The notes below the pieces were generated by a model. It saw only the letters and a program-made list of their open reading frames with translations, was not told the DNA's origin and ran no database searches. This document shows, piece by piece, positions 37,810 to 47,303 of a stretch of DNA of 64,000 nucleotides. Both the position numbers and the translations under genes were made by a program. Position 1 is the first letter of the stretch, and each line of letters starts with the position of its first letter. Source of the stretch: Candidatus Binatia bacterium (GTDB taxonomy: Bacteria; Desulfobacterota; Binatia; HRBIN30); assembly GCA_046327925.1 (NCBI GenBank), contig JAXLXM010000001.1, positions 462,390 through 526,389 on the forward strand, in the 5' to 3' direction.

Positions 37810-38878
37810 GGATGGCGCCGTGCTTGGCGGCCAGAGCACGTCCGTCCGCCCCGTACTTCGCCGCGACCATCTCGGCGAGGATCGAGAGCGCCATTTCCTC
37901 GGGCGTACGCGCCCCGATGTCCAAACCGATGGGTGCGCGGATACGCGCGAGGTCCGCCGGCCCGAAGCCCTCTTCCACCAGCCGCTCGCGGCGGCGTGCA
38001 TGCGTCGACCGGCTGCCCATCACCCCGATATACCGTGCGGGCGAACGTAGCGCCTGGGTCAAGGCGGGAATGTCGAACTTTGGATCGTGCGTCAGCACCA
38101 CGATGTACGAGGACGGGTCGAGCGTGGCACTCGCCAATACGGGACCGGGCTGGGACCGCACCAGGACATCCGCCTCCGGAAAGCGCTCGCGGGTGGCGTA
38201 CGTGCCGCGGGCATCGACCACGGTAACCTGGAATCCAAACCCTTTCGCGATGCGGCAGAGTGCCGCGGCCGCATGGGTGGCACCGATGACAAATAACCGC
38301 TCCGGCGGTGGCAGGGACTCGACGAAGACCGTTGCCACGTGCGTGTGCCAAGGAACGTCGATTGCCGTGGTCCCGCCCTTGGACAACAAACGCAACGCCT
38401 CCGCCGTCACCGCCTCGTCCAACTCCGGTGCCAGAGAACCGCGGCGGCGGCGGTCCGCCAACACCACCAGTTTTCGCCCGAGCAACTCCGCGGGCGCCAG
38501 CCCGATGCACAGCACCGCCGGACGCTGCCCATCCACGGCCTGACGGAGGGCCTGCCACACCGCGTCGGGCACGAAGGGCTCGATGAGCACGTCAAGCGAA
38601 CCGCCACAACTCAATCCGATCTCGAAGCCCAATTCGTCGGCGATCCCGTAGGTCGCGATGGTGGGCCGCCGGCTATCGAGCACGTCGATCGCCCGATCGC
38701 AGACGTCGTTCTCCACACAACCGCCACTGACGGACCCCGCCATTTTCCCGCTGCGGGTCACGCACAGCCGTGCCCCGGGCAACCGTGGCGCCGAACCGCG
38801 GACACGAACCAGCGTCGCCATGGCGATGTCTTCCTCGGCTGCGGACCAGCGGTCAAGATCGGTCAATATCTCTCTCAT
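37796..38878 (-). CDS. XdhC/CoxI-family molybdoenzyme maturation factor
   Basis: 360 aa. IAMATLVRVRGSAPRLPGARLCVTRSGKMAGSVSGGCVENDV, LSCGGSLDVLIEP, second Rossmann-like half LFVIGATHAAAAL. Confidence 0.88.
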   Translation of the reverse strand: MREILTDLDRWSAAEEDIAMATLVRVRGSAPRLPGARLCVTRSGKMAGSVSGGCVENDVCDRAIDVLDSRRPTIATYGIADELGFEIGLSCGGSLDVLIEPFVPDAVWQALRQAVDGQRPAVLCIGLAPAELLGRKLVVLADRRRRGSLAPELDEAVTAEALRLLSKGGTTAIDVPWHTHVATVFVESLPPPERLFVIGATHAAAALCRIAKGFGFQVTVVDARGTYATRERFPEADVLVRSQPGPVLASATLDPSSYIVVLTHDPKFDIPALTQALRSPARYIGVMGSRSTHARRRERLVEEGFGPADLARIRAPIGLDIGARTPEEMALSILAEMVAAKYGADGRALAAKHGAIHAAS

Positions 38879-39012
38879 GTTCGCTCATCCCCTACCCTAC
38901 ACGGCGGTAGCGACGGGAGCAAAGCGCTCCGGCCTCGCCGCGGACGCCCCGCAGCCCCTCGACCTCCGATGGCAGACACGGTAGCCTCCTCCCATCGCGT
39001 CTTGGAGGAACC

Positions 39013-40227
39013 ATGGCGAACGCGCTCAACCACTGGAAGGAGGTCGCCTGCCGCACGGTCGACGCGCAGCGCGAGGCCCTGGTCGGGCTGAGTCGCCGCA
39101 TCCATCATTGTCCCGAACTCAAGTTCGAGGAACACCGGGCGGCGGCGTGGTTGGCCGAGTACCTCCAATCGGTGGGTTTCACCGTCGAACGCCGGGCGTA
39201 CGGCCTGCCGACAGCCTTCGCCGCGCGCATCGGAAGCGGTGCGCCCCAGGTGGCCGTGCTGTGCGAATACGACGCGTTGCCCGGCATCGGCCACGGGTGC
39301 GGGCATAACCTGATCGCCGCCGCGGGCGCCGGGGCTGGTGCGGCGCTCGTCCCGGTGATCGGCGCGATCGGCGGCAGTGTGGTTGTCCTGGGAACCCCGG
39401 CGGAAGAAGGGGGTGGGGGCAAAGTGCTGATGGCGCGGGAAGGCGCGTTCCAGCATGTCACGGCGGCGATGATGGTGCATCCCGCCGGCAGGGATCTGGC
39501 GGGCATGCACGTGCTGGCACTCAGCCAGATCGAGGTGGAGTTCAAGGGCCGAGCCGCGCACGCCTCGGCAGCCCCCCATTGCGGCATCAACGCGCTCGAT
39601 GCGCTCATCACGGCGTACAATGGTATTGCGCAGTTGCGACAACACATTCGCGCAACCGAGCGCATCCATGGCATCATCACCGACGGTGGGCAGGCGCCGA
39701 ATATCGTCCCCGAGCGTGCGGCCGGCATCTTCTGCGTCCGCAGTGGGACGGAATCGGGGTTAGCGGAACTCAAGGAACGGGTGCTGGCGTGTTTCCAGGC
39801 GGGAGCGCTGGCGACAGGGGCGCAGCTAGAACTGCGGACGATGGGCGAAGACTATGCGGACATGTGGACCAATCAGCCGCTAATCGAGGCCTACGCGGCT
39901 AATCTGCAACGCTTCGGCCGACGACTCGCCGAGAGCACGGCCGGCACGAACGCGATTGCCGGCAGCACCGACATGGGAAACGTGAGCAAGCTCGTTCCCG
40001 CGATTCATCCGATGATCGCCGCCGCACCGCCGGCGATTCCGCTACATTCGGTCGAATTCGCGCACTGGGCCGGCGAGGAGATCGGCCATCGCAGTATCAT
40101 CGACGGCGCCAAGGCTCTGGCACTGACGGCGCTGGACGTGCTCGGCAACCCAACGTTGGTGGCGGCAATGGAAGCCGCGTTTGCCGGGGCACGTGCCGGC
40201 ACGCACGGCCGAGGGGCCGGCGCATAG
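39013..40227 (+). CDS. M20-family amidohydrolase/peptidase
   Basis: 404 aa. HHCPELKFEEHRAAAWLAEYL, EYDALPGIGHGCGHNLIAAAG, GTPAEEGGGGKV. Confidence 0.85.
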   Translation: MANALNHWKEVACRTVDAQREALVGLSRRIHHCPELKFEEHRAAAWLAEYLQSVGFTVERRAYGLPTAFAARIGSGAPQVAVLCEYDALPGIGHGCGHNLIAAAGAGAGAALVPVIGAIGGSVVVLGTPAEEGGGGKVLMAREGAFQHVTAAMMVHPAGRDLAGMHVLALSQIEVEFKGRAAHASAAPHCGINALDALITAYNGIAQLRQHIRATERIHGIITDGGQAPNIVPERAAGIFCVRSGTESGLAELKERVLACFQAGALATGAQLELRTMGEDYADMWTNQPLIEAYAANLQRFGRRLAESTAGTNAIAGSTDMGNVSKLVPAIHPMIAAAPPAIPLHSVEFAHWAGEEIGHRSIIDGAKALALTALDVLGNPTLVAAMEAAFAGARAGTHGRGAGA

Positions 40228-40349
40228 CGGACCGGCGCCGCAGCGCCCGTGCAGCGGCGCCGACAGTGCGTTCGTCAACTACGCCGCTACCGCGGTGACG
40301 GGTTCGTGTCACGGTTGCCACACGCTGATCGCTGTGCTTTGAAGCCGGG

Positions 40350-40724
40350 GTGTTGCGTGCTGCTCTCGTGGGGTTGGGCGGTCTGATCGGATCGCTTGCG
40401 CGCTATTGGCTGGCGGGTACCGTACAGGGCCTCACCGACTCGGGGTTCCCGTTCGGCACACTGACGGTAAACGTGGTCGGCAGCTTGATCGTGGGGCTGG
40501 TGATGGCGTTATCGCTCGAGCGTGGCCTGCTCAATGCCGAGATGCGGCTGCTGCTCGCCGTTGGCCTGTGTGGCGGTTTCACCACGATGTCCACATTCAG
40601 CTACGAAACGATGGCGCTGTTGCGCGACGGCGAAGCGATGTTGGCGTTCGGTAATGTGGGCGTGACGATTGTGGTATGCTTCTCGGCAGTCTGGCTCGGC
40701 ACCCTCATCGGTCGCCTGCTGTAG
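40350..40724 (+). CDS. crcB: Fluoride ion channel CrcB/FluC
   Basis: 124 aa, GTG start. GGLIGSLARYWL, FPFGTLTVNVVGSLIVG, GLCGGFTTMSTFSYE. Confidence 0.92.
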   Translation: MLRAALVGLGGLIGSLARYWLAGTVQGLTDSGFPFGTLTVNVVGSLIVGLVMALSLERGLLNAEMRLLLAVGLCGGFTTMSTFSYETMALLRDGEAMLAFGNVGVTIVVCFSAVWLGTLIGRLL

Positions 40725-40733
40725 GACGATGCT

Positions 40734-41084
40734 ATGAAAATCACCGGCAGCGGCAAACTCCTCCGTATCTTCATCGGCGAGTCCGACCGCTACCACGGCC
40801 GGCCGTTGTATGAGGCGATCGTGCACCGGTCGCATGAACTCGGGCTTGCGGGCGCCACCGTCTGGCGCGGGATCGAAGGCTACGGCGCCAATAGCCGCAT
40901 CCACACCGCGAAGATCCTCCGCTTGTCGGAGGATTTGCCCGTTCTCATCGAGATCGTCGATGCCGAGGAGAAGATCCGCGCCGCGCTGCCGGAGTTCGAC
41001 GCCATGATGGAAGCCAGCGGCGGCGGAGGTATGGTTACCCTGGAACATGCGGAAATTATCAAGTACTCGCAGGGCCGGTCGTAA
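40734..41084 (+). CDS. DUF190 (PII-like) protein commonly linked to crcB
   Basis: 116 aa. LLRIFIGESDRYHGRPLYEAIVHRSHELGLAGATVWRGIEGYG...LPVLIEIVD. Confidence 0.85.
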   Translation: MKITGSGKLLRIFIGESDRYHGRPLYEAIVHRSHELGLAGATVWRGIEGYGANSRIHTAKILRLSEDLPVLIEIVDAEEKIRAALPEFDAMMEASGGGGMVTLEHAEIIKYSQGRS

Positions 41085-41099
41085 TTCCACAGGGAGCAC

Positions 41100-41561
41100 A
41101 TGCCCATGGAAGAGCATTTCAAGCGCATCCTGGTGACCACGGACTTTTCCGACGCCGGGGATCATGCCGTGGGTCACGCCTTTCGCATGGCCGCCGATCA
41201 CGGCGCGCGGGTTCTGCTGCTGCACGTGCTCGAGCTGATCGTCACACCAAGCCCGCTCTATGCGCCGTATTACCCCACGGAACTGCTCAGCCCCAGCGTT
41301 CGTGCCCGCGCCGAACGCGATGCCCGCGGCGCCCTCGATGAGCGGGTACCGCGCCGCGGTCCACTCGCGGCGGTGCCGTATGAGCTGCTGGTCGTCCACG
41401 GTATGCCCGCGGAGGAGATCATCCGGACGGCGGAGCAGCACGACGCCGACCTGATCGTGATTTCGACGCACGGTCGCACCGGCCTCACGCATTTCTTCCT
41501 CGGCAGCACGGCCGAACGGGTCATCCGCCACGTGCACTGCCCTGTCCTCGTCGTACGCTAG
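41100..41561 (+). CDS. Universal stress protein (UspA family)
   Basis: 153 aa. FKRILVTTDFSDAGDHAV, DLIVISTHGRTGLTHFFLGSTAERVIRHVHCPVLVV. Confidence 0.9.
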   Translation: MPMEEHFKRILVTTDFSDAGDHAVGHAFRMAADHGARVLLLHVLELIVTPSPLYAPYYPTELLSPSVRARAERDARGALDERVPRRGPLAAVPYELLVVHGMPAEEIIRTAEQHDADLIVISTHGRTGLTHFFLGSTAERVIRHVHCPVLVVR

Positions 41562-41671
41562 GCAACGACAGCCGCTGCGAGTTGCGGACGACGCTCCAGG
41601 TAGCCTGCCGGCACAAGCCACGGGGGCAGCGTATCGCGCCCCGGCCGCCAGCGCGCCTTGGGGAAGAGCCG

Positions 41672-42481
41672 CTATTTCTGGCAGCGCGGGCAGTAGAAAC
41701 TGCTGCGGCCGGCGTGCACCATGCGGCGGATCGGCGTCTGGCAGCGGGCGCAGGGCCGACCGGCACGGTCATACACCCGCAGGTGCAACTGAAAATACCC
41801 GGGTCTCCCGTCGCTGTCCCGATAATCGGAGATCGAGCTGCCGCCAAGCCGAACGGCGCTGCGGAGCACGCTACGGATGGCGCGGAGCAGCGCCGCCAGC
41901 TGACGACGGGTGAGTCGCCGGGATTGGCGCCCCGGCCGGATACCGGCGCGAAAGAGGATCTCGTTCGCATAGATGTTGCCGATCCCGCCGAGCGCGCGTT
42001 GATCCATCAACAGAGTTTTCACCGGCCGCTTCCGCCCCCGCGCCAGGCGCACCAGCTGCTCCAGCGACACCGCGTTCGACGACGGATCGGGACCGACATT
42101 CCGCAACTCGGCGAACTCGGAGTCGGCGCCGACACGCAACAGCCCGAAGCGGCGCGGATCGTTGAAGGTCAGCTGCCGACCTCCGGACAGCCGCAGGCGG
42201 ACATGATCGTGCGGCCGCGACGGCACTCCGTGGGGCTGCAAGAGCAGCGCGCCGCTCATGCCGAGATGGGCCAGCAGACACCGTCCACCGGATAGGCGAA
42301 AGAGGAGATATTTTCCGCGCCGCTCGATCGCGGTAATCGTTCGGCCGGTCAACGCCGGCGCGAAGTCGTCGCCGATGCGTTGCCGCAATCGCGGCTCGCG
42401 GACCTCGACCCCTTCGATCCGCTGTCCCACAATGGGTTCGAGGGAACGTCGAACGGTTTCGACTTCAGGGAGTTCGGGCAT
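41672..42481 (-). CDS. mutM: Formamidopyrimidine-DNA glycosylase
   Basis: 269 aa. MPELPEVETVRR N-terminus, C-terminal zinc finger CARCQTPIRR...FYCPRCQK. Confidence 0.95.
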   Translation of the reverse strand: MPELPEVETVRRSLEPIVGQRIEGVEVREPRLRQRIGDDFAPALTGRTITAIERRGKYLLFRLSGGRCLLAHLGMSGALLLQPHGVPSRPHDHVRLRLSGGRQLTFNDPRRFGLLRVGADSEFAELRNVGPDPSSNAVSLEQLVRLARGRKRPVKTLLMDQRALGGIGNIYANEILFRAGIRPGRQSRRLTRRQLAALLRAIRSVLRSAVRLGGSSISDYRDSDGRPGYFQLHLRVYDRAGRPCARCQTPIRRMVHAGRSSFYCPRCQK

Positions 42482-42655
42482 CCCATGACACTTCAGAGTC
42501 GACAGCCGAGAGTCAATAGTTCCCGGAGGACCGATGACCGCCTTTCACCGGCCAATCCAGCGCTTCGAAATAGTCCGAAAGCTTACAGACAACAGACTTG
42601 GAGATGACCTACAACGGACGCAACCCCATGATCCACTTAGACTTGGATCTGCCGT

Positions 42656-43552
42656 CTATCTGTCCGTTGTCTGTTGTTCCGCGGGCTCTGAACCCGTCTC
42701 GTGCGCTGCCAGTGCGTTGCTCAGCGTCGCGAACTCGACGAGGCTCAAGGTCTCGGGACGCCGGGTCGGTTCGATGGACGCATGCAGCAACACGTCAGTC
42801 GCGTCCGTACACAGCGCCCGTAAGCTATTGCTTAACTGCTTACGCCGCTGGCTGAACACCGTCTTGATCAGGCGGCGAAATAGCGCCGGGTCCACCACCG
42901 CGACCGGCGGCTCGCGGTAGGGTTCGACGATGGCGACTTCAGACTCCACTTTGGGCCGCGGCACAAACGCCTCCGGCCCGACGCGTAGCGCCGGACGCAC
43001 CCGGGCCGCGTACTGGGTGAGCACCGACAACGCGGCGTACGCCTTGCCGCCCGGCGACGCCACCAGCCGCTGCACTACTTCGCGCTGCAGCATCAGCACC
43101 ATGCGCGCAATGCGAGCCGACTGTCGCAACAACGCCGCCAGCACCGGCGTCGCCACGTTGTACGGGAGATTGGCCACGACCACGGCGGGCGCACCCGTCC
43201 CGAGCAGCGCCACGTAGTCGACCGTCAGGGCATCGGCTTCGACGACGTGGACCTGCGGCGACGCCGCGTACTTGGACCGTAGGCGCCCCGCCAGATCGCC
43301 GTCGACCTCGATCAGCCACAGCGCCCCCACGCGCTCAACCAGCAGGTCCGACAGCACACCGAGGCCGGGCCCGATTTCAACCGCCCGGTCCGTTGGCTGC
43401 AACGCCGCCAGATCGACAATCCGTCGGGCGATCTGGGTGTCAGCTAGGAAGTGCTGGCCGAGGCGCTTGCGCGGGTACCGCCCGAGGGCCGCCAACTCGC
43501 GGCGGATGGGAGAGATTGCCGAGTGCTTCCGCCTCGGTCCGGCCTGCTTCAT
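42656..43552 (-). CDS. rsmA: 16S rRNA (adenine1518/1519-N6)-dimethyltransferase
   Basis: ORF 42656..43597 trimmed to ATG 43552. PRKRLGQHFLADTQIARRIV, VEIGPGLGVLSDLL, NLPYNVATPVL. Confidence 0.92.
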   Translation of the reverse strand: MKQAGPRRKHSAISPIRRELAALGRYPRKRLGQHFLADTQIARRIVDLAALQPTDRAVEIGPGLGVLSDLLVERVGALWLIEVDGDLAGRLRSKYAASPQVHVVEADALTVDYVALLGTGAPAVVVANLPYNVATPVLAALLRQSARIARMVLMLQREVVQRLVASPGGKAYAALSVLTQYAARVRPALRVGPEAFVPRPKVESEVAIVEPYREPPVAVVDPALFRRLIKTVFSQRRKQLSNSLRALCTDATDVLLHASIEPTRRPETLSLVEFATLSNALAAHETGSEPAEQQTTDR

Positions 43553-43745
43553 CGGGACACCGCGACATAGTTTGCAAGTCGGCGGAGCCGAAAGCAAACC
43601 TGCGTGCGGCAGCGCGTCTCAGACGCCCCGGCACCGCCTCTGCGCACTGACTCGATCCCATGATCGCCGGGCGGCGCCGCCGGACGGGAATGGCTTGCGC
43701 CACACGTTGACCGCCAAGCGCAACCGGCTATCATGCGCAACGGTC

Positions 43746-44081
43746 ATGCGAGCCATCCGACACCTCATCGTGTGGTCATTGCTCATCGCCGCGGGAAGCG
43801 GGTGGATCGCCGCGATTCCTCGTTGCGGCGGCGCGGCGCACGCGTCGGCCGCCGCAACCCCATGGGAGTCAACCTATGACATCGACGCACCGGCGATCCC
43901 GCGGGCCCTTTCCATTGTCCTAGGCCGCCCCCATACCGGCGTACTCGCCGTCAGCGTCGCGAGCATCCGCGACGCTGCGCGTCCACCGCATCCCCCGATA
44001 CGCGGCGTCGTGGCGCGGTCGGGAGACTCCCGCCACTCGCGCATCGCCCTCCACGATCTCCTCCGCATCTACCGCATTTAG
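43746..44081 (+). CDS. Hypothetical small exported protein
   Basis: Part of ORF 43272..44081 from ATG 43746. MRAIRHLIVWSLLIAAGSGWIAAIP is a hydrophobic N-terminus. No recognisable family, and the coding status is uncertain in this GC-rich context. Confidence 0.3.
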   Translation: MRAIRHLIVWSLLIAAGSGWIAAIPRCGGAAHASAAATPWESTYDIDAPAIPRALSIVLGRPHTGVLAVSVASIRDAARPPHPPIRGVVARSGDSRHSRIALHDLLRIYRI

Positions 44082-44175
44082 GTCCGGGCTCTCGCCTCGC
44101 CCGTCGCCGATTACCCCGGGCGGCCGTCGGCCACACGGGGAGGGCGTCTCATGCACGGACACAAGGAGACTCGGA

Positions 44176-46488
44176 ATGGGCAATCTCTACGCTCGATGGT
44201 TGGCAATCGTTTCCCTCGTCACCCTGGCGCTGCTGGCGCTGTACCCGTCGTTCGAATGGTATCGCCATCCCAGCGGCGACCGCGGTCGCGACGACGGCTC
44301 CCGTACCGTACGGACCGGAGTGTTGAACCTGGGCCTCGACCTCACCGGCGGCACGCAGTTGTTGATGGAGGTGGAGACCGACAAATTGCCGTCGGACATC
44401 GATGTTCCCGACGCCATCAATCGGGCCATCGAGGTGATCCGCAATCGTGTCGATCATTTCGGCATCGCGGAACCGCACATTGCCCGTCAAGGCGAGCGCT
44501 GGATCGTTCTGCAATTGCCGGGGGTCGGCGACTCCGCACAGGCGAAGGCGTTGGTCGGCAAGACCGCCTTGTTGGAGTTCCGCATCGTGGATGACTCCGC
44601 GGCGGCTCGCGCCGCGCTGCCCACGATCCTCGCACTCGGCCGGCCCTTCGAAAATGGGAAGGCGACGTCGGCGGCAGCGGCCGCCTTGCCGCCCGGCACC
44701 CTCCTGTTGCCCGGGCGCGAGGAGTCCGCCTACATCGTCCGCGCCGCCGTACCACTGACCGGTGCGGCGCTCGAGACGGCGCGCGTCGAAACCGACGAGT
44801 ACAGTCAGCCGATCGTCGCGTTCCGATTCGATCGCGAGGGCGGTGGGGTCTTCGACGAGCTCACCGCCGCCAACGTCGGCAAGCAACTCGCGATCGTATT
44901 GGATGGCGTGGTCTACTCGGCGCCGGTGATCCGGAGCCGCATTTCGGGCGGCTCCGGCATCATCGAGGGGAATTTCGAGATGAAGGAGGCGCGCCATCTC
45001 GCCATCGTCCTGCGCGCCGGCGCGTTGCCGGCACCGGTACGCATCGTCGAGGAGCGGACGGTCGGTGCCAGCCTGGGCGAGGACTCGATACGCACCGGCC
45101 TGACGGCGTGCGCCATCGGAATCGGGCTGGTGTTCGTCTTTTTTGCTGCGTACTACAAGCTGCTCGGCCTGTTCGCCGTGGCGGCACTCGCCTTGAACCT
45201 CTTGCTGCTGCTGGCCGCGATGGCCTACTTCGGCGGGACCTTAACGCTCCCAGGGATCGCGGGGATCAGCCTGAACGTGGCGATGGCCGTCGACGCGAAT
45301 ATCTTGATCCTCGAGCGCATCCGCGAGGAACTGCGCCGCGGCAAGTCGATGCGCCAGGCGATCCAAGCCGGGTACGACCTATCCGCAAGCGCGATCTTCG
45401 ACTCCAATCTGACCGTCCTCGCGGCCTCGCTTCTCCTGTTTCAGTTCGGCACCGGCCCAATCAAAGGATTTGCGATCACGCTCACCCTCGGCAACCTCAT
45501 CAGCATGTTCACGGCGACGGTCGCCACCCGCCTCATGGCCAGCACGTGGCTGACAGTTGGCGTGGCAAGGAAACTGCGGTGGCACCCGCTCTCCATCGTT
45601 CGCGCCGGCAACATCGATTGGGTCGGTCGCCGCCGCTGGGGGTTTGCAGTCTCCGGGCTCGTGCTCGCCGCAAGCCTTGCGAGCGTGCTCGTGCGCGGCC
45701 TGAACTACGGCATCGACTTCACCGGCGGCACGCTGCTCGAGGTGGCGTATGCCGCGCCCAAGTCGCTGGCGGACCTGCGCGGCGATCTCGTCCGCGCCGG
45801 TTATGCGGATGCCGAGTTGCAGAGCTTCTCGGGCACCAACGCGTTTGCCATTCGCGTGAAGGGTACCGAGACGCTGGACGCGCAGTCGATCGAGCGCCTG
45901 ATCGCAACCCTGCAGGCGGCGGATCCCGCGAACACGATCCGCGTGGACCGCAAGGAGTATGTCGGTCCCGCCGTTGGACGACACCTCAAGCATCGCGCGG
46001 TGGTGGCGATCGTCCTCGCAATCGCCGCGATCATCGTCTACGTGGCATTCCGGTTCAAGAATCCGCTCTGGGGCGCCGCCGGTGTCGCGGCCTTGCTCCA
46101 TGACGTCCTGGCCACGGTCGGCTTGGTCTCCATCACGCAGATGGAGGTCGATATTGTCATCGTGGCCGCGATCCTCACGATCGCCGGCTATTCGATCAAC
46201 GACACGATCGTGATCTTCGACCGCATGCGTGAGCGGCAGCGCTCGTCGACCCGCGAGCCGCTGAGCACCGCCATCAACGCCAGCGTCAACGAAACGCTGT
46301 CGCGGACGCTGTTGACGAACGGCACCGTGCTGGCGGTGGTCGCCGTGCTCTATGTCTTCGGCGGCAAGGTCATCCACGACTTCGCCCTGGTGATGATCGC
46401 CGGCAGCCTGATCGGAACGTACTCGACCGTCGCCATCGCTACGCCGCTGATCTTCGAGCGCCAGCTGCACCGCGGCGGCGCCGCCTGA
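44176..46488 (+). CDS. secDF: Fused protein translocase subunit SecDF
   Basis: 770 aa, AAGGAGA RBS. SecD motifs LGLDLTGGTQLLMEV and GKQLAIVLDGVVYSAPVI, followed by SecF half GIDFTGGTLLEV...INDTIVIFDRMRE. Confidence 0.93.
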   Translation: MGNLYARWLAIVSLVTLALLALYPSFEWYRHPSGDRGRDDGSRTVRTGVLNLGLDLTGGTQLLMEVETDKLPSDIDVPDAINRAIEVIRNRVDHFGIAEPHIARQGERWIVLQLPGVGDSAQAKALVGKTALLEFRIVDDSAAARAALPTILALGRPFENGKATSAAAAALPPGTLLLPGREESAYIVRAAVPLTGAALETARVETDEYSQPIVAFRFDREGGGVFDELTAANVGKQLAIVLDGVVYSAPVIRSRISGGSGIIEGNFEMKEARHLAIVLRAGALPAPVRIVEERTVGASLGEDSIRTGLTACAIGIGLVFVFFAAYYKLLGLFAVAALALNLLLLLAAMAYFGGTLTLPGIAGISLNVAMAVDANILILERIREELRRGKSMRQAIQAGYDLSASAIFDSNLTVLAASLLLFQFGTGPIKGFAITLTLGNLISMFTATVATRLMASTWLTVGVARKLRWHPLSIVRAGNIDWVGRRRWGFAVSGLVLAASLASVLVRGLNYGIDFTGGTLLEVAYAAPKSLADLRGDLVRAGYADAELQSFSGTNAFAIRVKGTETLDAQSIERLIATLQAADPANTIRVDRKEYVGPAVGRHLKHRAVVAIVLAIAAIIVYVAFRFKNPLWGAAGVAALLHDVLATVGLVSITQMEVDIVIVAAILTIAGYSINDTIVIFDRMRERQRSSTREPLSTAINASVNETLSRTLLTNGTVLAVVAVLYVFGGKVIHDFALVMIAGSLIGTYSTVAIATPLIFERQLHRGGAA

Positions 46489-46509
46489 GTCGCCCGTGAG
46501 CGTCGGAAT

Positions 46510-47145
46510 ATGGACCGCGACCTATTGTTGTACGGCATAACCGCCTTCGCCACGTTGTTTTCGATCGTCGATCCGTTTGCGGCCGCGCCGATCTTTATCG
46601 CGATGACGCCGCACGAGACCGACGACGAACGGCGGGGGATCGCCCGCTCCGCCTCCCTGGTATGCGGCGGCGCACTGTTGGTCTTCGCCGTGGCGGGCAA
46701 CCGTATTTTCGCCTTCTTTGGCATTTCGACGCCGGCGTTTCAGGTAGCCGGAGGGATTCTCCTCCTGGTGATCGCATTGGACATGCTACGCGCCGGCGAG
46801 GGCCCAACCCGGCAGTCGCCGGAAGAAACGGAAGAGGGAATCGGCAAGGCCGATGTGACGATCACACCCATCGCCATTCCGCTGCTTGCCGGCCCGGGGG
46901 CGCTTTCCACGGTGACGCTGCTGGCCAGCCGAGCGGGAACCTGGACCCATCTGCTTGCTCTAGCGTTGGCCGTGGCACTCACCTCGTTGCTCACCTGGAT
47001 CATCCTGGCCAACTCGGTGCGCCTTATCCGTTTTGTCGGGCAGATCGGCATGAAGATTATCACCCGGCTCATGGGGCTCCTCCTCGCCGGCATCGGGGCG
47101 CAGTTCATTCTCAGCGGCACCAAGCAGTTCTGGCAAACCCCGTGA
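46510..47145 (+). CDS. MarC-family (UPF0056/NAAT) membrane protein
   Basis: 211 aa. FATLFSIVDPFAAAPIFIAMT, multiple TM segments, ITPIAIPLLAGPGA. Confidence 0.85.
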   Translation: MDRDLLLYGITAFATLFSIVDPFAAAPIFIAMTPHETDDERRGIARSASLVCGGALLVFAVAGNRIFAFFGISTPAFQVAGGILLLVIALDMLRAGEGPTRQSPEETEEGIGKADVTITPIAIPLLAGPGALSTVTLLASRAGTWTHLLALALAVALTSLLTWIILANSVRLIRFVGQIGMKIITRLMGLLLAGIGAQFILSGTKQFWQTP

Positions 47146-47303
47146 GCTCGGCCGGCGGCGTTTGTTGCAAGCGCGTCGGCGGCTGTGTACGCTGGCGCGC
47201 CTGTGGACGTGGCCGCGAGTCACGCGGCGCGCGGGTAGTTTTCTCGAGCGCGTGGCCGCGCGGCACGAGGTGACGGCCATGGCGGCGCACGGGGGAGATC
47301 CGA

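Noticed and set aside
40228-40349. Possible fluoride (crcB-motif) riboswitch upstream of crcB.
   Set aside because: GGTGACGGGTTCGTGTCAC...GCTGATCGCTGTGC only loosely resembles GGCGAUGG.GUUCGCC...GCUGAUGAUGCCUAC. I could not find the pseudoknot partner or the AUAAACGC segment. It needs cmsearch with Rfam RF01734 before any call.
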